A DNA stretch of 20,000 bases from the IMG/VR virus record IMGVR_UViG_3300049734_000160, one strand, 5' to 3'. This stretch comes from an uncultured virus (IMG/VR IMGVR_UViG_3300049734_000160) (lineage: Duplodnaviria; Heunggongvirae; Uroviricota; Caudoviricetes). The translations under genes and the position numbers were made by a program. The notes under the pieces are model-generated. The model ran no database searches. It saw only the letters and a program-made list of their open reading frames with translations, and was not told where the DNA came from. The stretch's first letter is position 1, and each line of letters starts with the position of its first letter. Below, one piece after another: positions 15,948 through 20,000 of this stretch.

Positions 15948-18369
15948 TCTACAAAGCAGTCTCGATTACTTGACGCCGGCAGAGCGCGCGGAACTGGATA
16001 TGCTGCTCTCGGTGGAGCAGCCGACGTTTGCCACTTACGTGAGCGTCATTAAGCAGATTCAACTGGACCCCTGGCAGGTAGATTTATGCAACCGGTTGGA
16101 GCAGGCCTTCTGGTTGGCCCAGGCGATGAAGTTCACCTTCTCTGACGCCGGCGATTTTGTCGAAGCGCCCAGCGGCATGCTGATTCCCAAAGAGACGTTC
16201 AAGGCGCGTTACGGGCTAGGCACGCGCGTAGCGATTCACGCGGCGCCGCAATTCGGGAAGTCAATCATCATTTCGCAATGCTACCCGGCGTGGATTCTTG
16301 GTTATGACCCGACGCACCGCTTCCGCTTAGCCACCTATAACGTATTTCACTCGGCGCGCTTCTCGGTGGTCATTAAGCACATTATGGGGTCACTCGAACA
16401 TCGCGCCTTCTTCCCCGCTCGCGAATGTATCGTTCCTAATAAAACCAAAGCCGTCGAATGGTCCACCATCGGCCGGATTGAGGTCGCCGACGGCCAGGCG
16501 TCGTTCACGGCGCTGGGTCTGCAGTCGGGCTTCACCGGCACCGGCGCCGACACGCTGCTCATCGACGACCCGTACAAGTCGATGGAAGAAGCGCTCTCGG
16601 AAATCATTCGCGACAAGACCTGGCGCTTTCACACTGACACGGCGAGCCCGCGTCTCAATGACCAGTCAAATGAATTCATCATGTTCCACCGCTACCACCA
16701 GGACGACATGGGCGGCCGGGCGCTGGCGACGGGTGAATTCGATTTGTTGCGTTACGCGGCCGAAGCTGATGGTCCATACGTCGACGAGCAGACCGGCATT
16801 GAGTACCCCGATCCGCTGGGGCGTGAAGAGGGCGAATACCTGAGCCCGCGTTTTTCACCGGCTTACTACCAGCGGCAAAAAGCCAACGACCAGGTCTGGC
16901 AGTCGATGTTCCAGGGGCGGCCGGTCAGCAAGTCGGGCAATATGTTTGACGTGGCCCGCATACAGGTAGTGGAGGCGCTACCGGAATTTGTGCACGAGGT
17001 ACGAGCCTGGGACAACGCGGCCACCGAAGGCGGCGGCGCTTACACTGCCGGCGTGCGCATGGGCATTACCGGTACCGGTCGCCTGGTGATTTGCAATGTG
17101 AAGCGGGAACAGGTTGGAAGCGCCGAGCGCACTGTGTTGCAACACGCAACGGCCGCCGAAGATGGTTTGCTGGTGGAGATCCACGGACCGCAGGATCCGG
17201 GCTCTGCTGGTAAAGACGTCGCCTTTCAGTTTGAACAGGAACTGGCTGCGAAGCATTACAACGTGACCGTCGAAGTCGTCAGCGGTTCGAAGGAAATGCG
17301 CGCCTATCCGTTCTCGCAGGCAGTCAACAGCGGGTTGGTTGACGCCTACGTTGACGGCAACTGGGATTTCAAAGCGTTCAAAGACGAGCTACACAACTTT
17401 CCGCTCTCAACCTACAAGGACCAGGTTGACGCCGCCTCGGATGCGTACTCGCATTTGTATCGGCTCTTCCACCGCGGGCTCGTGATTAAGAGCTTCCGGC
17501 CGCACATCAATCTCATTCCCTGGTCGCGCTTCACGAAGAAGTTTGGTCTACAGGTCCCGGCGCACTGGGAAGTATCGGGCGGGTTGCGCATTGAGGCTGA
17601 CAAGTCAAAACCTTCGGGTTGGACCATCGTTGCGCGCGCGGCAGAGAACGCCGGCATAGGCGAAGTGGTTTTCGTGGTTGCCTCGCGACGCTACTACAGC
17701 CAGGAAGTGATGTCGATTCTCGGCGAGTTCATGGCCGCCATGGAACACTACTGCGCGGGCGGCATGAAGCAGGCGGGCGCCTGCTGGGTGAAGAAGGGAA
17801 ACACCGAGGTCCTGCAACTGGCTTCGGAAAAGTACGGGCTCACGCTCTATGAATTCGAAGGCGACGAACTCGAGGGCGTGCCGGAAACAAACTGGTACTT
17901 TCAGTTTGAGCCGCAACAGCTTTCCCCGTTCTATCAACGCATCGGCGCCTCGCACTGCTATCTGCTCACGGCCGACGGGCAACTTGATGTGCCTCTCGAT
18001 GATGAAGGGCTCTTGGCAACGCGCCAGGAATTGACCACCTGGGCCTATAACGATAACGGCCTGCCGCAACCCTATGGCGGCATCACCCTCGACTGTCTGC
18101 GTATGACGCTTTACGCCTTCGCGCTCACCGCCACCGCCATGACCGACGAAGAGCGACGCGTTAGCAAACTCCCCGACGAACTGAAACCATCAACTGTGCT
18201 CGCGCGCCTGGGTCAGCCTGATTTCGTGGAAACCTACATGGCCCAGCAGCATGCGCTAACACAGATCAAGCTCAAGGAAGAAAAAGAGCGCAACGAACTG
18301 CGCAAAGACATGGGCAAACTTTTGCACATGCCTCGGCGGCGCAGTTTTCAAAAGCGCAGGGCTGGATAA
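15931..18369 (+). CDS. terL: Terminase large subunit, 812 aa, with a ~300-aa C-terminal extension
   Basis: PWQ motif, Walker A APQFGKS (16243-16263), Walker B LLIDD (16555-16569), HRYHQDD, MFQGRP; nuclease motifs RAWD (D at 17011), QDPGSAGK, GSKEMRA and FP...KDQVDA (17416-17433). Confidence 0.93.
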   Translation: MSNKDDLQSSLDYLTPAERAELDMLLSVEQPTFATYVSVIKQIQLDPWQVDLCNRLEQAFWLAQAMKFTFSDAGDFVEAPSGMLIPKETFKARYGLGTRVAIHAAPQFGKSIIISQCYPAWILGYDPTHRFRLATYNVFHSARFSVVIKHIMGSLEHRAFFPARECIVPNKTKAVEWSTIGRIEVADGQASFTALGLQSGFTGTGADTLLIDDPYKSMEEALSEIIRDKTWRFHTDTASPRLNDQSNEFIMFHRYHQDDMGGRALATGEFDLLRYAAEADGPYVDEQTGIEYPDPLGREEGEYLSPRFSPAYYQRQKANDQVWQSMFQGRPVSKSGNMFDVARIQVVEALPEFVHEVRAWDNAATEGGGAYTAGVRMGITGTGRLVICNVKREQVGSAERTVLQHATAAEDGLLVEIHGPQDPGSAGKDVAFQFEQELAAKHYNVTVEVVSGSKEMRAYPFSQAVNSGLVDAYVDGNWDFKAFKDELHNFPLSTYKDQVDAASDAYSHLYRLFHRGLVIKSFRPHINLIPWSRFTKKFGLQVPAHWEVSGGLRIEADKSKPSGWTIVARAAENAGIGEVVFVVASRRYYSQEVMSILGEFMAAMEHYCAGGMKQAGACWVKKGNTEVLQLASEKYGLTLYEFEGDELEGVPETNWYFQFEPQQLSPFYQRIGASHCYLLTADGQLDVPLDDEGLLATRQELTTWAYNDNGLPQPYGGITLDCLRMTLYAFALTATAMTDEERRVSKLPDELKPSTVLARLGQPDFVETYMAQQHALTQIKLKEEKERNELRKDMGKLLHMPRRRSFQKRRAG

Positions 18370-18385
18370 TTCACCAAAGGAGAAA

Positions 18386-18583
18386 ATGAAGATGAAACCA
18401 GATAAACCAGACAAGCCAGACAAACCGGAGCATCCGCCACAATCCAACAAGCCGGACGTGCCTCCCGGTCTAACAGATAAGCCGGTTGGGCCAGAGCACC
18501 CCGCGCACCCGATTGAGAAACCCGATGATGATGCGCCGCATCCGGCCCATCCGATCGAGTTACCCGAAGAAGAAGAGCAGTAG
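18386..18583 (+). CDS. Small disordered Pro/Asp/His-repeat protein (63-65 aa)
   Basis: AGGAG at 18378-18382; the spacing favours the second ATG at 18392. KPD x3 and HPAHPIE x2; fills the gap between terL and the next gene. Confidence 0.75.
   Translation: MKMKPDKPDKPDKPEHPPQSNKPDVPPGLTDKPVGPEHPAHPIEKPDDDAPHPAHPIELPEEEEQ
18395..18430 (+). repeat. Imperfect 9-nt tandem repeat x4 encoding KPD/KPE
   Basis: aaaccagat aaaccagac aagccagac aaaccggag. Confidence 0.9.
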
Positions 18584-18587
18584 CCAA

Positions 18588-18947
18588 ATGAAAGTCTTTC
18601 TCAGTGGACCAATGACCGGGATGCCGCAGGACAACTATCCAGCGTTTCGCAGCGCGGCGCGAGAACTAAGGACGATGGGGTACGAAGTGATAAGCCCGGC
18701 CGAGTTTGAGGGAAAGCGAGAATTGTCCGCGAGGGAACTGGAATCGTTCACCTGGGAGAACTACATGCGGCGCAGCATAAGCATGCTCGTGGAGGCGGAT
18801 GCCGTGGTCGCGCTCCCAGGCTGGCGTAATTCCAAAGGGTCAACTTTGGAGATAGAGATCGCGCACGCGCTGGGAATGCCGGTGAGGTTTCTGGATCTAA
18901 TGATAACGCCCGCCGATGTGCCGGTGCAGGCTCTTGGGGAGATTTAA
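18588..18947 (+). CDS. DUF4406-like protein (nucleoside 2-deoxyribosyltransferase-like fold), 119 aa
   Basis: Start reassigned to ATG 18588: MKVFLSGPMTG..N.PAF, SPAE, W.NYMR, DAVVALPGWRNSKGSTLEIEIA..LG, matching the DUF4406 motif pattern. Confidence 0.85.
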   Translation: MKVFLSGPMTGMPQDNYPAFRSAARELRTMGYEVISPAEFEGKRELSARELESFTWENYMRRSISMLVEADAVVALPGWRNSKGSTLEIEIAHALGMPVRFLDLMITPADVPVQALGEI

Positions 18948-18949
18948 CT

Positions 18950-19147
18950 ATGCCTCATGCCTACGAAGTGATGCGTAACAAGTTCGCGCGCACCATGAGC
19001 TACGACAAGGCCCAGGCGAAAGCCGCGCGCATTTACAACAGCCAGCACCCGAACAGCCCCGTCGGTCGCTACAGCGACAAGAAGAAACGAAAAAAACGAA
19101 AAAAGGGCGCCTATCTGAGAGCAATAGCGGAAGGAGCACGTAAATGA
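18950..19147 (+). CDS. Small basic hypothetical protein (65 aa)
   Basis: GGAG RBS upstream, 2-nt gap from the previous stop, ATGA overlap with the next gene; contains a KKKRKKRKK tract. Confidence 0.75.
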   Translation: MPHAYEVMRNKFARTMSYDKAQAKAARIYNSQHPNSPVGRYSDKKKRKKRKKGAYLRAIAEGARK

Positions 19148-19530
19148 AATGGCCCTGGGTCTCACGCCGGCGATTCGAAGAGGCGGAATGGTATCGCCGC
19201 AACGCCGAAGCAGCCTTCGACAAGCTACTGGACATGCTGCAAAGCGACCGCCAGAGACACGAGCGGGAAATGGCGGACCTGCTCGACCGCCTGTTGCCGA
19301 AACCACGCGAGCCGGTCCCGGGCACGAGCGTCATTGGGCCACCGCCATCCTCCGCCGTGCTATCGCGCACGCCCGCGGTCGGCAAGCGCGGCATCCGTGA
19401 ACGTAACGCCGCCGTGCAAGATGCGCAACTGCGCGAAGAGGAAGAGTCCGAGGAACGTAAAATTGAACGACGGCGCAACTCACTCACGAGCGAAGAGGCG
19501 CGCCGTTTAGACGAACAGATACCCGTGTAA
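19144..19530 (+). CDS. Hypothetical protein (128 aa), charged/helical, N-terminal WPWVSR
   Basis: AAGGAG upstream and ATGA coupling with the previous gene. Confidence 0.75.
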   Translation: MKWPWVSRRRFEEAEWYRRNAEAAFDKLLDMLQSDRQRHEREMADLLDRLLPKPREPVPGTSVIGPPPSSAVLSRTPAVGKRGIRERNAAVQDAQLREEEESEERKIERRRNSLTSEEARRLDEQIPV

Positions 19531-19551
19531 AACGGGAGGGGAGGGTGATTT

Positions 19552-20000
19552 ATGTATAGCTCTTTAACGCTAGATCGATGGCGGAACGGATCCGGCCTGA
19601 TGGCGTGGCTCGTTTGTCGCTGGGATAAATGGAAATCGCGGAACGCTGTCAGCACAACGGTCCCTGCGGAGACGATGCCGGCCGTCCCGATCGTTAAAGC
19701 CGAAACGGCAACTCTCGCGGCCAGCCCCGACTCTTATCTTTGGAATTTCCGTGCGCATATCCTCGATCGGCTTGACGAGTATTTCGCATGCGCGAGGCGA
19801 CTGCGAAAACACGATCCCGATTCGTATGCTCTTTATTCCCGCATCGGGCTGTCTATCCCCAAAGACCTCCTGATGGAGGGCTCGAACTTTGCCGCTTATC
19901 CGAAGGTGACATTCGGCGGCGTTCTATTTGGTACCGCAGGATCGGAAATCGAAGTTTCCGTCAAGGGCACAGTAAACCCGTCGTGTTTTTATTTACAAAA
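19552..20000 (+). CDS. Hypothetical protein, partial (runs off the window end)
   Basis: GGAGG at 19540-19544, ATG 19552, frame open to base 20000: MYSSLTLDRWRNG...ILDRLDEYFACARRLRKHDPDSYALYSRIG...FYLQ. Absent from the ORF track because it has no stop in the window. Confidence 0.75.
   Translation, partial: MYSSLTLDRWRNGSGLMAWLVCRWDKWKSRNAVSTTVPAETMPAVPIVKAETATLAASPDSYLWNFRAHILDRLDEYFACARRLRKHDPDSYALYSRIGLSIPKDLLMEGSNFAAYPKVTFGGVLFGTAGSEIEVSVKGTVNPSCFYLQ

Larger units (their letters stand above)
1..20000 (+). mobile_element. Tailed phage (probably podovirus-like) or prophage virion/packaging module
   Basis: Terminase pair, lysozyme-bearing giant protein and co-directional packing (gaps of 21 nt or less, or overlaps). 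No host genes or att sites are visible, so free phage versus prophage cannot be decided. Confidence 0.88.

Noticed and set aside
18486..18587. Upstream extension of the DUF4406-like ORF (153 aa)
   Set aside because: It overlaps the His/Pro micro-protein; the family pattern begins at MKVFLSGPMTG (ATG 18588).
1..20000. tRNA/rRNA genes, intrinsic terminators, promoters, pac/cos or att sites
   Set aside because: Intergenic gaps are 21 nt or less, and I saw no convincing cloverleaf, hairpin plus U-tract or promoter consensus; a pac site cannot be identified from sequence alone.

Overview
This window looks like a tailed-phage or prophage late-gene region, with ten main ORFs all on the + strand, tightly packed or overlapping. 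It opens with the 3' end of a probable tail-fibre/RBP gene, a 63-aa two-TM membrane protein and a 476-aa Pro-rich/glycine-zipper putative ejection protein. Next is a 4527-aa 'polyvalent' virion protein: N-terminal soluble lytic transglycosylase, a string of small domains, an N6-adenine-type DNA methyltransferase, a Strawberry-notch-type SF2 helicase, a HExxH zincin peptidase and a C-terminal LPD38-like region. This is followed by terminase small and large subunits, a His/Pro-repeat micro-protein, a DUF4406-like protein, two small hypotheticals and an ORF running off the right end. The most notable observations are: (1) a probable overprinted gene in the +1 frame (7391-7810), exactly in the MTase-helicase linker and supported by inverted codon-position bias; (2) a large terminase that appears to carry a second, degenerate RNase H-like nuclease domain; (3) GGA[M/A]GMP motifs bracketing the MTase-helicase cassette upstream of a peptidase domain; (4) a PTR short motif shared between two adjacent ejection-type proteins. 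No rRNA, tRNA, CRISPR array or IS element was recognised. All family assignments come from motif recognition by eye, not database searches.
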